64,000 nucleotides of DNA from a virus (Duplodnaviria; Caudoviricetes), in IMG/VR virus record IMGVR_UViG_3300043427_003220, positions 1 through 64,000 of that record. The stretch is one strand, 5' to 3'. The position numbers were made by a program, and so were the translations under genes. Below the pieces are notes generated by a model. The model ran no database searches. It was not told where the DNA came from and saw nothing but the letters and a program-made list of their open reading frames with translations. Shown piece by piece: positions 27,201 to 35,848 of the stretch (the first letter of the stretch is position 1; every line of letters begins with the position of its first letter).

Positions 27201-28297
27201 CAGGGGCGGACGGTCAATATCAACTAATCGCTCACGACGGAAAAAATACAATGATTTTGTATAATTCCATTCTACCAACCAAAGATGTGTTTTATGATGA
27301 TAGCTCTCGCACAGTGGCAGGACAAGCCAACATAGGTCAGTTGTGGTGGGGCAAGGAGTTGCAAGTCTCATATAATGACCCTGTAGACTATGCAATCGAC
27401 CCACGTCCTGTTCGTATTGTTGACTCTGAGTCTGTCTTGCCGGGATGCAAACTATCAATTGCTTCTGCTGCGGAGGGAACCGGAGAATGGCCGGTTGGAA
27501 CAGGTTCTGGTATGGACGGAACAACAAAATGGTTTGTTCAGTCATTGGTTGGATTGTGGAATATAACTTCAATTGGTTATTACGGGCCGTCAGCAAGCAT
27601 CTGTCAATATGTTGAATTTGATATGCCAGCGGGCGCTCCACCGGCTTCAAGATTGATCGAAGTCGAAGTGATTAACGAAGAGAATATCGGATTCATTGAA
27701 AAAACCCCATTTTCTGCATTTAGATTGGTTCAGGGATGGGCAATTGATTCAAAAAATTCAGAAAATTCTGAATTGTTTTTGGTTCCTTCTAAATCTTATC
27801 AAAAAATTTCAAATACATTGGGTACAGAAATTAATTGTACGCATAAATTGGGATACGAGACAGTGCCCAAAACAGGCGTTGATGGATATAAGATTTTTGG
27901 TGGTCTAATTAGAGAAGCGCAAAGAACTGTGGATGGCGTTCCAACGTCTATCAATCGCTACCCAGGTGTTAAATCGACAGGTACAGATGTTTCCGTGTTG
28001 CCGCCAATTCCCCGCTCGGTAGCAGTGACTTTCCGTGTGCGAACACGCGAAGGTATTTCTATTAACGTCATTGCCTCAGTTGTTCGTTCTGCGGTTACTT
28101 CATTTATTGGCGGTTTGGGAATTGGTCAATCTGTTATTTTGTCTGAGCTAATTGGTTTGGTGCAAGACATCCCAGGGGTTACGTCCGTTGAGATTATTGA
28201 AACTCTACCAATAGCAGTTGACGGACGAATTCCAGTAGCAGATAATGAAAAGGCAGTCGTTATTGACCCTACAACTAATATTAATGTTGGGCAGTAA
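21245..28297 (+). CDS. Giant baseplate J-like wedge protein (2350 aa)
   Basis: ITDF..GG...TLMEAVA, G..GNV..GAI, NGSDTESDASLRLRI..LARGT; C-terminal LGIGQSVILSELI...IPGV; start may be GTG 21251. Confidence 0.85.
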   Translation: MGVTVTIKSKEQLLGTWVRRIKNNTDITDFQAGGALVTLMEAVAQQVYQAQLSVLKVLEVTEVDNLTDKRLDDLAESLKIPNGQGGIGRQAALQATGSVIIGSAFTKISTRAYAGKPAPYAGSTVLYVQDASEMFAKTPVNGKIYIGRNTVDSFEGPLSYSSISSTGTYWIINLIDPLTKDHPYTDEIVLAQGGDRTINASTVVQVPAYSDAPAIQFTTDASVVLADGEDSVTVPITCSQFGVIGNVASGAITEFSNPPFAGATVTNDIPFVNGSDTESDASLRLRIKDYPNTLARGTIGAINSALLSVVDADTKKKVVSASVIRPLEKGEPTTVYIDDGSLLEPVFAGQDYELLLARASGLEQGFRTAQAPITPAIVTGAQSAPYVLQAGMSITFLIDNIPYVYTIAPSNYKDLTAATAYEVVRDLNSDAEGILDFRVIGNGTQIVAIDRTNAAEEIRVISGGLQNVLGFPTVSQRPIYLYKNGVLQSFRGKTATISSNPFTSWEITGAPYTGLQAIIDGVTVNIDDITNADFLSRFGVSMTAATADNWREVLQAKIPGVTIIFQDNRFIITSNKENSSSSKVQITAGSWIDSASIFPLNEDDRLSVGASKNYIFNRYTGDIRFVSRLQAGDIVEVASVNTRAFVKSTTISSGLYDLSNDTPGFGQAKFIVSVDSEVQVKTTGSITGGLIKVTDVDSANLTVSLKDKLGNGLFINAEVDDYIYLTSISLAPLGFSSISEEVAGFYRIKKIIRSASPANEDTIVIEVSSYQASMFILNTEYDTAYLGTPVFKIFSSTATPQLITLTSSAAVTVEDVANEINSQIVGATAERSTGQYFFLRTNTYVDGSLSILAAFGKANNLFAVENGTSLQSHVGSSSSAFLDGGFPVVTEIVAPSLPSDGHGFRDYLKVAPTYTQITQTSVNPIAEAASFISSYPIGFQETWITGKLAGWTGRVYNTETTAPFQGFMRTDSAIKPIGAINVTTETLNKYANVSFRLQDLSVTAADKFVVEMDLDSTNKTITLPMYKRAIISDEQLIGTSGKGQKFQFTLKDPEDFDKEFFDVTSPFKNFDFNDFKVVGKSVGVYKLNSGGVGPNEPALVVRSTSFGGANRIKLNVLYPQSPSKTDITINHSNSYENEEVNTTVTAEMASQAVIPSTILNSGTYTVTGLSTSNNLTDIILSTFSPAVTAVAKMESYSPLFSFSFGARASSYPGVLGNNIELIIQDSGKLGATAETVIMIAQSTKKVTLDLRGSTPTSTELATALSVSTYLETVTSANPLSTLSLVKILGTYNYVPEVAAKISNPYFTISFNQIDYNPRIRGAAGNTWSFRCIDTGTGTPIVTINTSLKTIEVNLRGSSLYLTDLQALLNGAGGFNQEVIKVDVTTNGYLAPFGPSFFSGGVTISNTIYTADGADQTDGVFAGLYSVNNLLQVTGIQSSVSMPIGVWPIVAKPSPAEITIRVPHYNGLSSAVALSTVFNASDYQLQSFAIAPKTLKDLADALNAYLPDASIVTASTLGLDTTSFLTPNAPEIPRSTYINYTNTSSLPASITNPTAALQFHAFLANRSEGCAIYDYSSTNNWIKTVLQSNDSMFPNGSAILGTAYSSVGEEVYILPTNTETFGRWANFAPASSLPIQADIVRSEGASKIQISSKLRGTRGAVYPKDTLTNNYETTVLEAASSQNNSAYFSLLSSQTKQLPKGSIVQVTNALTTDLLRPFRVSSPLVNQTPANTANEKTWFRSGTKMIYEQAGAYRGRLYFLRNGQTVSISGISASGTEPLTSGATIDVTYNSPSVGLATVSLTNHPTEVLSARIGDMMYIRSAAFPSELNCPAIDSGRCVRSDLYQENPYGLTGYLGYPVVQVNDTREIVIMAPNLTQDHLGLSLAASTDLVFIPSIYTEKNIKTNYKAGPQGVEVVGNTVLTGTHAQAISGKYSYGILKRLSDGFSALLLSNTSDGAVSPEYANDTLLLANSGVNTDDYVFLNGFGSGADGQYQLIAHDGKNTMILYNSILPTKDVFYDDSSRTVAGQANIGQLWWGKELQVSYNDPVDYAIDPRPVRIVDSESVLPGCKLSIASAAEGTGEWPVGTGSGMDGTTKWFVQSLVGLWNITSIGYYGPSASICQYVEFDMPAGAPPASRLIEVEVINEENIGFIEKTPFSAFRLVQGWAIDSKNSENSELFLVPSKSYQKISNTLGTEINCTHKLGYETVPKTGVDGYKIFGGLIREAQRTVDGVPTSINRYPGVKSTGTDVSVLPPIPRSVAVTFRVRTREGISINVIASVVRSAVTSFIGGLGIGQSVILSELIGLVQDIPGVTSVEIIETLPIAVDGRIPVADNEKAVVIDPTTNINVGQ

Positions 28298-28299
28298 AA

Positions 28300-30831
28300 A
28301 TGTCAAATATTCGTCAATATTTACCATTAGTTGCAAAACCGCAAGCAGAACAGGCCCCCGTTGTAAATGCCTTTTTGGATGGAGCGGATGAAATCGTTGC
28401 GCAACTAGAGGCGTATGCAGAATTTGCGCAAAATCAATTTTTCTTTACTACGGCAGATGCTGAGTATGTATTTAAGCTTGCGGCCCGCAATGGTTTTTAT
28501 CTTCCAAGAGACGCTGGATTAAATATTGAAGGACTAAAACCCCTCGCTCCACTAATGATTAATCAGCCAAAGACAACTTTGGCCCTATTGCTTCGAGTTT
28601 TGGAAATTTACTTTTCTCAAACATTGACTCGTCCAAATATAATTTGCGCTCAGCCAGAGCCGTATCGCCTTAAAGAGAAAGATGATTTAATTGTCAAAAC
28701 ACGAGAAACAGAACATCGTTTAACGATTGACACCTCAATGTTTTCTAATATTAGAAATGTTTCTGCATCTGAGTTGGCAACATACATCAACTCTGCGCAG
28801 GATGATTACGTTGCAACCGTGTTTTATGATAGAGCGCTTGGAAAAAATAAACTTAGATTGATGTCAAGCGGGTCAGGACTAAGTGAAATTATACAAATTA
28901 CCGGCGGAACTTTACAAAATCTATTTTTATTTCCAAACGTAATTCCCACAACAAATTCATTTCAAACACGTTGGTCAGTATCAAAAATAGCTGATTATTC
29001 AGATATTATTACTTTTCAATATATTGATGGACCGCCCCCTTCGGTTCATTTGGCAAAAGTAGGGGACATAGTAACAATTCGGGGACAGTTTGACGTAGGA
29101 TCGAGCGGAGCAGTCGCCGTTCCGATTCAAGATGTTTTAGGAAACGATATTATAGACAATAACGGCAACATAGTGACCATATTAGTTAATTTGATTCAGG
29201 GCAATTATTCTGTCTTAAACGGAACGCATGAAATAATTGAAGTTGGGTATAATTATTTTAAAATTAGAAATAAATATTTAAAATTGCCAATATCAAATCA
29301 AGGCGAAGTTTTACAACTTTCGTCAAGAGATGTGATATTTACAGAGAATATCCCCCACAGAGTTTATGACCAAGATTTATTTTCATACTCGTTAGAAGCC
29401 ACCGACGATGAGTTAGCCATTACTGTACCAGCGGTTCCTCCAATCGTAAAAAGATTTTTGCAAGGCGCATGGCATATTTATGGACTTAAGCACCAAGTAA
29501 TTGATTTTTCTAGAAATTTTATAAAAATTCCAATAACTCTTAACACTTACTTTCCGCAACAGGGAAATAGCTTCGTGCTAGAAACGGGGCGTTCAAACGC
29601 AAATTTTGCTAACAAAAAATATAAGATTGTTGGAATTAACCCCTCGACTGGAGTGTTGACACTCGATTTGTCGGACAATAATGCCGTTTTGCCGCACACT
29701 TCGGCAACTCAAATTGGTAAAAATAATCCATTTTTTTGTGATCTTGACTCAGATATTGTTGAGGTTGAGTTTAATTATCCGCATGGATTAATTCAAAATT
29801 CAGAAATTATAATAAATTTATCCTCGGCCAATCCTGAAAGCCTTTTAAGCGTCAATGGGGCATGGGTAGTTAATAAAATTTTATCGGAAACAAAAATATC
29901 TTTTAAAATAAATCAAAAAAACATAGGACTACCATCAACCAGCGTATCTACTTTATATCCACTTGGAGATAAAAAATATCGACTACAATTTGCTTCTGTC
30001 TCCGCGCTCAATTTTTCTAAGTTGGGCACAGTCGGAAAAAAATTTAAATTATATGAAGACGGAACTGCAAATGTTTTAAATTCATATGCTTGGGAAAAGC
30101 TAAAAACAAGACAACATGTAGTTTCTAAAGTTGGAACAACCAGCATAGATTTTGAGACTATAGAAGACTGGTCAGTGATTCCAAATCAACCAATTGCCTC
30201 AAATGTCAAAACTCAAACTACGCAAACCGTGTGGGGAGAGTCAACAGCAACGTGTTATTTTGATAAAACATCGGCAATCAATCAGGAAATTTTTATAAAT
30301 AATTTAATGATGACGGTGGTTGATTACGTACAACCAAGCAGTCCGTTGTATTTGGGTTCATACCTTTATGATCCAAATGGAAGTGTTTATAAATACTTAC
30401 CAAGCTCAAACGGAGCAATTCTTGAAAATATTATTCTTAAGGGCGAAAGCGGAGTTCTGGTAACGGTAGATTCTGCATTGGATTTTGATGAAAACGGAGG
30501 CTACGTTGTTTTTGATTACGGCACTTCTTTGGAAGAGGGCCCTGTTCGTTACATAACCTTATCGGGTGGGCAGATTGTTATAGACCCATCCTATGTTTTT
30601 AAAAAAACTCATTCAAAGCTAGCCACGGTTCGGCAAGTAAAACAATTGCTTCCATTTTCTCCATCACCTAACGGACTGATGTTTCAGCCTTTTTTGACTG
30701 GCACATCAAAAGCAAGAGATAGTTTTTTTGAAATCATAAAAACAATTATTTCGGCTGGTGTTTTTATAACAGAAGATGTATTGTATCCGGAGTTGCGCTT
30801 TGCTGACGAAAGTATTGAGCCTTATAAGTAG
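28300..30831 (+). CDS. Baseplate wedge protein (gpI/gp7-like position)
   Basis: Follows J; QFFFTTA..YV..LA..G N-terminus, IISAGV near C-terminus. Confidence 0.6.
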   Translation: MSNIRQYLPLVAKPQAEQAPVVNAFLDGADEIVAQLEAYAEFAQNQFFFTTADAEYVFKLAARNGFYLPRDAGLNIEGLKPLAPLMINQPKTTLALLLRVLEIYFSQTLTRPNIICAQPEPYRLKEKDDLIVKTRETEHRLTIDTSMFSNIRNVSASELATYINSAQDDYVATVFYDRALGKNKLRLMSSGSGLSEIIQITGGTLQNLFLFPNVIPTTNSFQTRWSVSKIADYSDIITFQYIDGPPPSVHLAKVGDIVTIRGQFDVGSSGAVAVPIQDVLGNDIIDNNGNIVTILVNLIQGNYSVLNGTHEIIEVGYNYFKIRNKYLKLPISNQGEVLQLSSRDVIFTENIPHRVYDQDLFSYSLEATDDELAITVPAVPPIVKRFLQGAWHIYGLKHQVIDFSRNFIKIPITLNTYFPQQGNSFVLETGRSNANFANKKYKIVGINPSTGVLTLDLSDNNAVLPHTSATQIGKNNPFFCDLDSDIVEVEFNYPHGLIQNSEIIINLSSANPESLLSVNGAWVVNKILSETKISFKINQKNIGLPSTSVSTLYPLGDKKYRLQFASVSALNFSKLGTVGKKFKLYEDGTANVLNSYAWEKLKTRQHVVSKVGTTSIDFETIEDWSVIPNQPIASNVKTQTTQTVWGESTATCYFDKTSAINQEIFINNLMMTVVDYVQPSSPLYLGSYLYDPNGSVYKYLPSSNGAILENIILKGESGVLVTVDSALDFDENGGYVVFDYGTSLEEGPVRYITLSGGQIVIDPSYVFKKTHSKLATVRQVKQLLPFSPSPNGLMFQPFLTGTSKARDSFFEIIKTIISAGVFITEDVLYPELRFADESIEPYK

Positions 30832-30863
30832 TAAAATCGCAGTATTAGGTAAAGGGAGCAAAA

Positions 30864-33341
30864 ATGTCAGTTCAATCAAGAGTTAATTGGTTAGGCGGTC
30901 AGCGAGTTGATCTTCCTGATTTGTTAGCGATTGACTCGTATGTTGTTAATGATATTAGAAATTTGCTAATGTCTCTTACCGGCAGTGCGTCTTTTGTTGT
31001 GCGCGGCTTAGAGATAACAGAATGGACTGGCCTTACAGTCAATGTAAAAATTGCAGATTCTTTGATATTTTGTCCTGATAACTTGGTTGTCCCCTTTTAT
31101 AAGGGACTACCAAGTGATTCTGATTTGACTATAAATCTTCAAAGTAATTCAGAAATTTTCCTAGAACTAATATTAGAAACATCCACAAGCGGAGCGGTAT
31201 CCAAGGGATTTTGGGATTCGCTGGCAATTACAGCGGATTCGGCTGCCGGTTCAGAATACGTTGAAACCGTTGATACACAAAAAATTATAGTTCCAAAGCT
31301 TGTCCAAAGATTTGGTGGATTTACTCCAAACTCCATTAAAATTGCCAAGATTTCTACTGGAGCTACAAATGTTACCGAAGTTGTAGACTCTCGTGACCTA
31401 TTTTTTAGGCTAGCTACGGGCGGTCCAACTCCTAACTCATCATACGTATTTCCTTGGGATTCAACCTCTCGGCAAGAACCTCCGCAGACCTCTGATATTG
31501 CCTCTAGAATGGATAATACAGACCCAGCGTCTGTGTATTATTCCAATACAATTGACGGAACAGTCTTAAACGATAAAGGAATCAAGACCTTTAAAGAATG
31601 GCTAAATGCCATGATGACTGTTTTAAAAGAAATCAAAGGAACGCCTACTTGGTATCAAGATGCGGGTAGCTCTTCCGGATATCCTTTAAATCTTTCCCTA
31701 TTGTCGCTATTTTTAGATTCTCAGGCCGGCCATTCTATTCTTGCGATTCCTTCTGCAACCATCTTTTGGAATAAAACAATATCAGGTATCCCAACTGACA
31801 ATATTCTTAGAAGCGAGGGTGCCTCTACTGTTCAGTGGGAAAATAATTATGGATACCAGACTAGATGGCAACTTGGTGGAACGTACTCATCGGGTCGCCA
31901 ATATAGTCAAATAAACTTCCAGTCTCCTGCGTTGGATGAGGGAGATTCACTTTATCTAACCTTGCAAAGAAATACTCGCCTCACAAACACTCCGGTTTTA
32001 TGGAAACCGACTGTTTCCCCTGGAGGTGGTTTAGATGCTGCCAAGTCGGTCGAAGGAAATGGTCTGTTTATTGGCGTTGCGGTTGGCGATTACATTAGGA
32101 AAGAATCCGATGGAATACTATCTTATTATAAAGTCACAAAACTTTATGACGGAACAACCGTCATAACAACCGAAGGGGCTGTGGCCGGCTCTACGATTCG
32201 CGCAGTCGAGCTAGACAGAGCCATTTCAACGTCAACAACCGAACAGTACAGATATTTCAGGTCGCGCTATTCCAATGCGGATTTGCAAGTAAGAGGCCCG
32301 ACCGACATACCCGCTAACGATGTAGATTGGTATTGGCTTGGTCGCAGAACAGGTACGACTTTTTATCTACGCGGATATGGAAATTTATCTGCGGGAGAAG
32401 AAATTGAAGTTGTAGATACTGGCGCAGACAACGAAAATCAAAATGATTTTGGCGCAGAGCCAATTTTGACGCTGGACCCTGATATTGCTTATGTTTCAAA
32501 TACGTTGGGCTTTAATCCCAGCTTACTGTCTCCCCTAGATAACACCGTTTATTTGTCTTTTTATAAAAGAAAAACAAGCAATAGAACTAATTCAGATACA
32601 ACGCAAAACCCTGCAATTTTTACTTATCAAATGAACAAGACCATTACCCTTAATACTAACCAAGAATTATGGGTAAAAATTTCAGATACTTATTCGGCAA
32701 CTCCGTATGTGTTAACCGCCGGCGACGTATCAGATGTTACGACTACAAATGTTTATCAAATAAGAGATGCGACAAACTCGCCCTTAAGAAATTACGACAA
32801 TCGCCAAGTATTTATGCTCGCCAAGCAAGTTACAATTGGCGGTAGTTCATACGTTATGTTCTTTGATGGGGCGGCAGTTGGTGCCAAAGGCCGCGCCACT
32901 CCTCAAAGACTTCAGGTAGAAAATGTTTGGATTCACGACACAGACGTTGATGTGACATCAACAGTCACCGACGCTCGTTTGTTTGAAAACGCCAACGAAA
33001 TTAAAGTTGGTAAATCTCTTAGTAGAACTCGAATTGAGGGCGCGCAGTCAGTTAAGAGAGCTAATGTGTCAGGAACGTACGCCGTACTTTCAACCGACCA
33101 CATTCTTTCTGTTGACACCTCATCTTCCGCTGCTACAGTAACATTGCCCGCAATTAGCGCGGTAGGGGATGGTCATACTGTAATTGTTAAAGATAGGTTT
33201 AACAGCTCTTATACAAATACAATTACAGTTAATCCAAGTGGCACAGATACGATAGATGGCGACACTTCTTTTGTTATTCAGTCAGATGGAGCTTCCCTTG
33301 TCCTTGTTGCCAATGCAGCGGGAGACTGGGAACTCATTTAA
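30864..33341 (+). CDS. Baseplate/tail-fibre attachment structural protein
   Basis: N-terminal RVNW..GQRVDLPD; C-terminal VDTS..A.TVTLP..G.TVIVKD fibre-repeat domain. Confidence 0.6.
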   Translation: MSVQSRVNWLGGQRVDLPDLLAIDSYVVNDIRNLLMSLTGSASFVVRGLEITEWTGLTVNVKIADSLIFCPDNLVVPFYKGLPSDSDLTINLQSNSEIFLELILETSTSGAVSKGFWDSLAITADSAAGSEYVETVDTQKIIVPKLVQRFGGFTPNSIKIAKISTGATNVTEVVDSRDLFFRLATGGPTPNSSYVFPWDSTSRQEPPQTSDIASRMDNTDPASVYYSNTIDGTVLNDKGIKTFKEWLNAMMTVLKEIKGTPTWYQDAGSSSGYPLNLSLLSLFLDSQAGHSILAIPSATIFWNKTISGIPTDNILRSEGASTVQWENNYGYQTRWQLGGTYSSGRQYSQINFQSPALDEGDSLYLTLQRNTRLTNTPVLWKPTVSPGGGLDAAKSVEGNGLFIGVAVGDYIRKESDGILSYYKVTKLYDGTTVITTEGAVAGSTIRAVELDRAISTSTTEQYRYFRSRYSNADLQVRGPTDIPANDVDWYWLGRRTGTTFYLRGYGNLSAGEEIEVVDTGADNENQNDFGAEPILTLDPDIAYVSNTLGFNPSLLSPLDNTVYLSFYKRKTSNRTNSDTTQNPAIFTYQMNKTITLNTNQELWVKISDTYSATPYVLTAGDVSDVTTTNVYQIRDATNSPLRNYDNRQVFMLAKQVTIGGSSYVMFFDGAAVGAKGRATPQRLQVENVWIHDTDVDVTSTVTDARLFENANEIKVGKSLSRTRIEGAQSVKRANVSGTYAVLSTDHILSVDTSSSAATVTLPAISAVGDGHTVIVKDRFNSSYTNTITVNPSGTDTIDGDTSFVIQSDGASLVLVANAAGDWELI

Positions 33342-33350
33342 GGAGTTTTT

Positions 33351-33767
33351 ATGAGTAATGTTATTGATTTGACAAAAAAAATTAAACGCAAAACCCTCGC
33401 ATCGGTTGTACGACAGGAGACTTTGGGGGTTGATTTAACTCAAACTCAAATTTATAAATTGCGGCTCGGCACCGCGTTATGGTTTGACGCGGATGATGCT
33501 ATCGTTGCCATACAAAAAAATGGCGATGACTTTAAAATCCTCCTTTGTCCTGTTAATAGAGATTTACTTGAAGGCAAGTGGGATACGTTTGGGAGATTAA
33601 GTTGGTTTTGGCTCAGACACGTTAAACTTAAAAGAGTTGGTAAGCACAGAGCGTCTTCAGACGCATTTAAAATTTTGCTGCAAAGAACTTCTGGAGTTGA
33701 CGCAGATATTGAGTTTGTGAGAACATTGCCCCAACTACCGGAAATCAATCCGGCTTATTCAATATAG
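33351..33767 (+). CDS. Hypothetical protein
   Basis: AAGGAG RBS. Confidence 0.65.
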   Translation: MSNVIDLTKKIKRKTLASVVRQETLGVDLTQTQIYKLRLGTALWFDADDAIVAIQKNGDDFKILLCPVNRDLLEGKWDTFGRLSWFWLRHVKLKRVGKHRASSDAFKILLQRTSGVDADIEFVRTLPQLPEINPAYSI

Positions 33768-33784
33768 GCACTAAATAGGAGTTG

Positions 33785-33805
33785 AGTGCATATTTAATAT
33801 GCACT
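33785..33805. promoter_or_regulatory. Perfect dyad (operator or RBS hairpin)
   Basis: AGTGCATATT-t-AATATGCACT between AGGAG and ATG 33814. Confidence 0.6.
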
Positions 33806-33813
33806 AATACACA

Positions 33814-34494
33814 ATGGCCAAGGTGACTGAACAACAGCTAGCTCAGCAGAAACTCTTGAAAGAACTTCAAGAGGCATACGAGCGTGACTATACTTGGCTA
33901 ACAGAAGAAGAGCGCAATATTGCAGAGAGAGCGTTGGCCGCTCAAAAAACGCTCGTTGTTAGTCCCTCTCAGGAGGCCGCTTTGTTCGGTGTCTATGCCA
34001 TGGGCAGGACTTGTGTTCAGATTGCCAGGCAGTCGGGTCACCTGCCTGAAACTATCGTCCTAAGTCTACTAAGATACAATTGGTGTCTTAGGATGCAGAT
34101 GGCCAACCAACAAGCAGACGGCAGCGTTTTAGAGGTCTTTGGTAAAGAGGCTATTGACACAATCTTTACTATGACTAAGATTGCGATTGAGAACGACTTG
34201 AAGAAAGTTTTGGCCGGCGAGATGGCTGCTGGCGACTCCGGCTTTGTGCCAAAAAACATCAAAGAGATGAAAGACTTTTTAGGGATTGTTGGCGAAGTCC
34301 ACAAGATTGATGCCTTCATGCGCCTTTCCGCCAAACAGCCTCTTGTGAATGTCAGTAACCAGACGTTAACTCTGAATGGCGGTCAGACACAGGCTCAGAC
34401 TCAAGTCACAGATGCTCAAACCGTTGAATTGCTTGAGACTTCTGAAAAACGTATTGAAGCCTTGAAGGCTCTTGAAGAAGAATCAAAAGAATAG
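33814..34494 (+). CDS. HTH-containing protein, possible terminase small subunit
   Basis: TCVQIARQSGHLPETIV HTH-like segment, central helices, extended C-terminal strand; assignment is inference. Confidence 0.4.
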   Translation: MAKVTEQQLAQQKLLKELQEAYERDYTWLTEEERNIAERALAAQKTLVVSPSQEAALFGVYAMGRTCVQIARQSGHLPETIVLSLLRYNWCLRMQMANQQADGSVLEVFGKEAIDTIFTMTKIAIENDLKKVLAGEMAAGDSGFVPKNIKEMKDFLGIVGEVHKIDAFMRLSAKQPLVNVSNQTLTLNGGQTQAQTQVTDAQTVELLETSEKRIEALKALEEESKE

Positions 34495-34555
34495 TTATTG
34501 ACATTCTTTTTGCTGTAGTCTACAAATAAAAGACTTATTCAAATAAAAAAACAAT

Positions 34556-34582
34556 TAAAGTTTCTCCTTGACCCTCCGATAA
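34556..34582 (+). promoter_or_regulatory. Sigma-28 promoter P3
   Basis: TAAAGTTT-N11-TCCGATAA; GGAGG and ATG 34614 downstream. Confidence 0.88.
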
Positions 34583-34613
34583 GACTTATGTAAGTCAACT
34601 ACGGAGGTCTTCC

Positions 34614-34934
34614 ATGAACAATCTTCAAGCCCAAGCCAGAACCTTCATTGAAACTGCAACCAAGCACAAATTCAACATTGTTGCGACCAGCGACACTGTC
34701 ATCAGAATTACGAGAAAGTTTGAAGTAGGTGACCGTCAAGCATTCTGTGAGTGCGACATGATGGCTTCCAGTGTCCTTGATTTGGCTCCCTTGAAGGGCG
34801 GTTCTGTCTGGGGCACTGATGGTGGTTCTATTGGCGGAGCTGTTGCTCTGCAGGATGGCCTATTTGTCATGAATAAGTCTGGTTCAGGCGGAGCACGCTT
34901 CATGCGTGAACTGCGCAAGCAGCTTGGTCAATAG
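34614..34934 (+). CDS. Hypothetical protein
   Basis: GGAGGT RBS; GGSVWGTDGGSIGG motif. Confidence 0.75.
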   Translation: MNNLQAQARTFIETATKHKFNIVATSDTVIRITRKFEVGDRQAFCECDMMASSVLDLAPLKGGSVWGTDGGSIGGAVALQDGLFVMNKSGSGGARFMRELRKQLGQ

Positions 34935-34979
34935 AAGTCAATAGAAGTCAATAGATTGGCCGATAGAAGGTCAATAGAA
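34927..34979 (+). repeat. Tandem decamer array GTCAATAGAA
   Basis: Units at 34927, 34937, 34947 (GTCAATAGAT), 34959 (GCCGATAGAA) and 34970. Confidence 0.9.
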
Positions 34980-34986
34980 TTTTTGT

Positions 34987-35013
34987 TAAAGTTATTTTTG
35001 AGCGTGACGATAA
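34987..35013 (+). promoter_or_regulatory. Sigma-28 promoter P4
   Basis: TAAAGTTA..: TAAA-N15-GACGATAA; GGGGGTG then ATG 35034. Confidence 0.78.
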
Positions 35014-35033
35014 GTTATTCATGGGGGTGAGTT

Positions 35034-35237
35034 ATGTACGTAGTGATTATTGACTCTGCAACTGACGGCTGGACTGTAAACCAATCTTTTGAAGCTGAGT
35101 TCTCAACGCTCGGCGAGGCAGAATCCTATGTGCGCACGCTTGAGCGTTGGTCTGCTACTGATAGTCAAAAACAGTTGTGGATTTCTCATGGTCCACAGTT
35201 TAGAATTTTTTGTGAAGAATCAGGCGAATACGTTTAA
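35034..35237 (+). CDS. Hypothetical protein
   Basis: RBS GGGGGTG. Confidence 0.7.
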   Translation: MYVVIIDSATDGWTVNQSFEAEFSTLGEAESYVRTLERWSATDSQKQLWISHGPQFRIFCEESGEYV

Positions 35238-35252
35238 TTTATGGAGGTATTT

Positions 35253-35627
35253 ATGTTTAAGTATTTGATTTCTTTTGTTTTGTTGGTCGGTTGCGGTGCT
35301 CCTCAAACGCCAGTAGAGGTGTCAGCAGATAAAATGCTACATGATTTTGTGACTGATTGTAAGTCTGTTTATGGAGATAGATGCAACACTTCTATAGTCA
35401 TTCATAGTTTGGCAGAGTCTGCTGAAGAAGAGGCTTGTTGGTTTGAGGATGGCAATCCCGTTAGGCAAATTGTGCCATACAAAGGCTTTGTGGCTCAAAA
35501 CAATAAAACCGCTGTTTATGAGCTATTGTTTTTTTGTAACTTGAATTTAGGAACACTAGAGAGTAAACTGTTAAAGTTTGATGAATTTGCGTTGGTATTA
35601 GGGTTGACAAAACAGGAGCAGCAATGA
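35253..35627 (+). CDS. Lipoprotein
   Basis: MFKYLISFVLLVGC lipobox; GGAGGT RBS. Confidence 0.75.
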   Translation: MFKYLISFVLLVGCGAPQTPVEVSADKMLHDFVTDCKSVYGDRCNTSIVIHSLAESAEEEACWFEDGNPVRQIVPYKGFVAQNNKTAVYELLFFCNLNLGTLESKLLKFDEFALVLGLTKQEQQ

Positions 35628-35836
35628 CGGAATCACAATGGCTTCAGGCACAACAAGCCTATGACAGAGTAAGAGCCTTACTAGTTAAGGACGGTCAAAC
35701 AATGGAGCAAGCTCAAAAAACGCTTGAAACGCTTGTTTTGTTTGTAATGGGAAGTAAGCTTTCAAAAGAAGAAAACAATGTTGATTTAGCTAGATTTATT
35801 GAAGCCATGTTAAAGGGCGATAAGCCTCAATGTTAA
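35624..35836 (+). CDS. Hypothetical protein
   Basis: AGGAG RBS; ATGA overlap. Confidence 0.65.
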   Translation: MTESQWLQAQQAYDRVRALLVKDGQTMEQAQKTLETLVLFVMGSKLSKEENNVDLARFIEAMLKGDKPQC

Positions 35837-35848
35837 GGAATTTTAATT

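Noticed and set aside
6686-33341. Sheath/tube/spike/wedge cluster as an eCIS, tailocin or T6SS
   Set aside because: Terminase, portal, prohead protease and head morphogenesis genes in the same window indicate a true phage
34927-34979. Decamer array as a CRISPR array
   Set aside because: Units are 10 bp with no unique spacers, and no cas genes were recognised
35816-35823. GGCGATAA as an additional sigma-28 promoter
   Set aside because: No TAAA at 15-16 nt upstream and it lies inside a coding region; GCCGATAG at 34959 also lacks a matching -35
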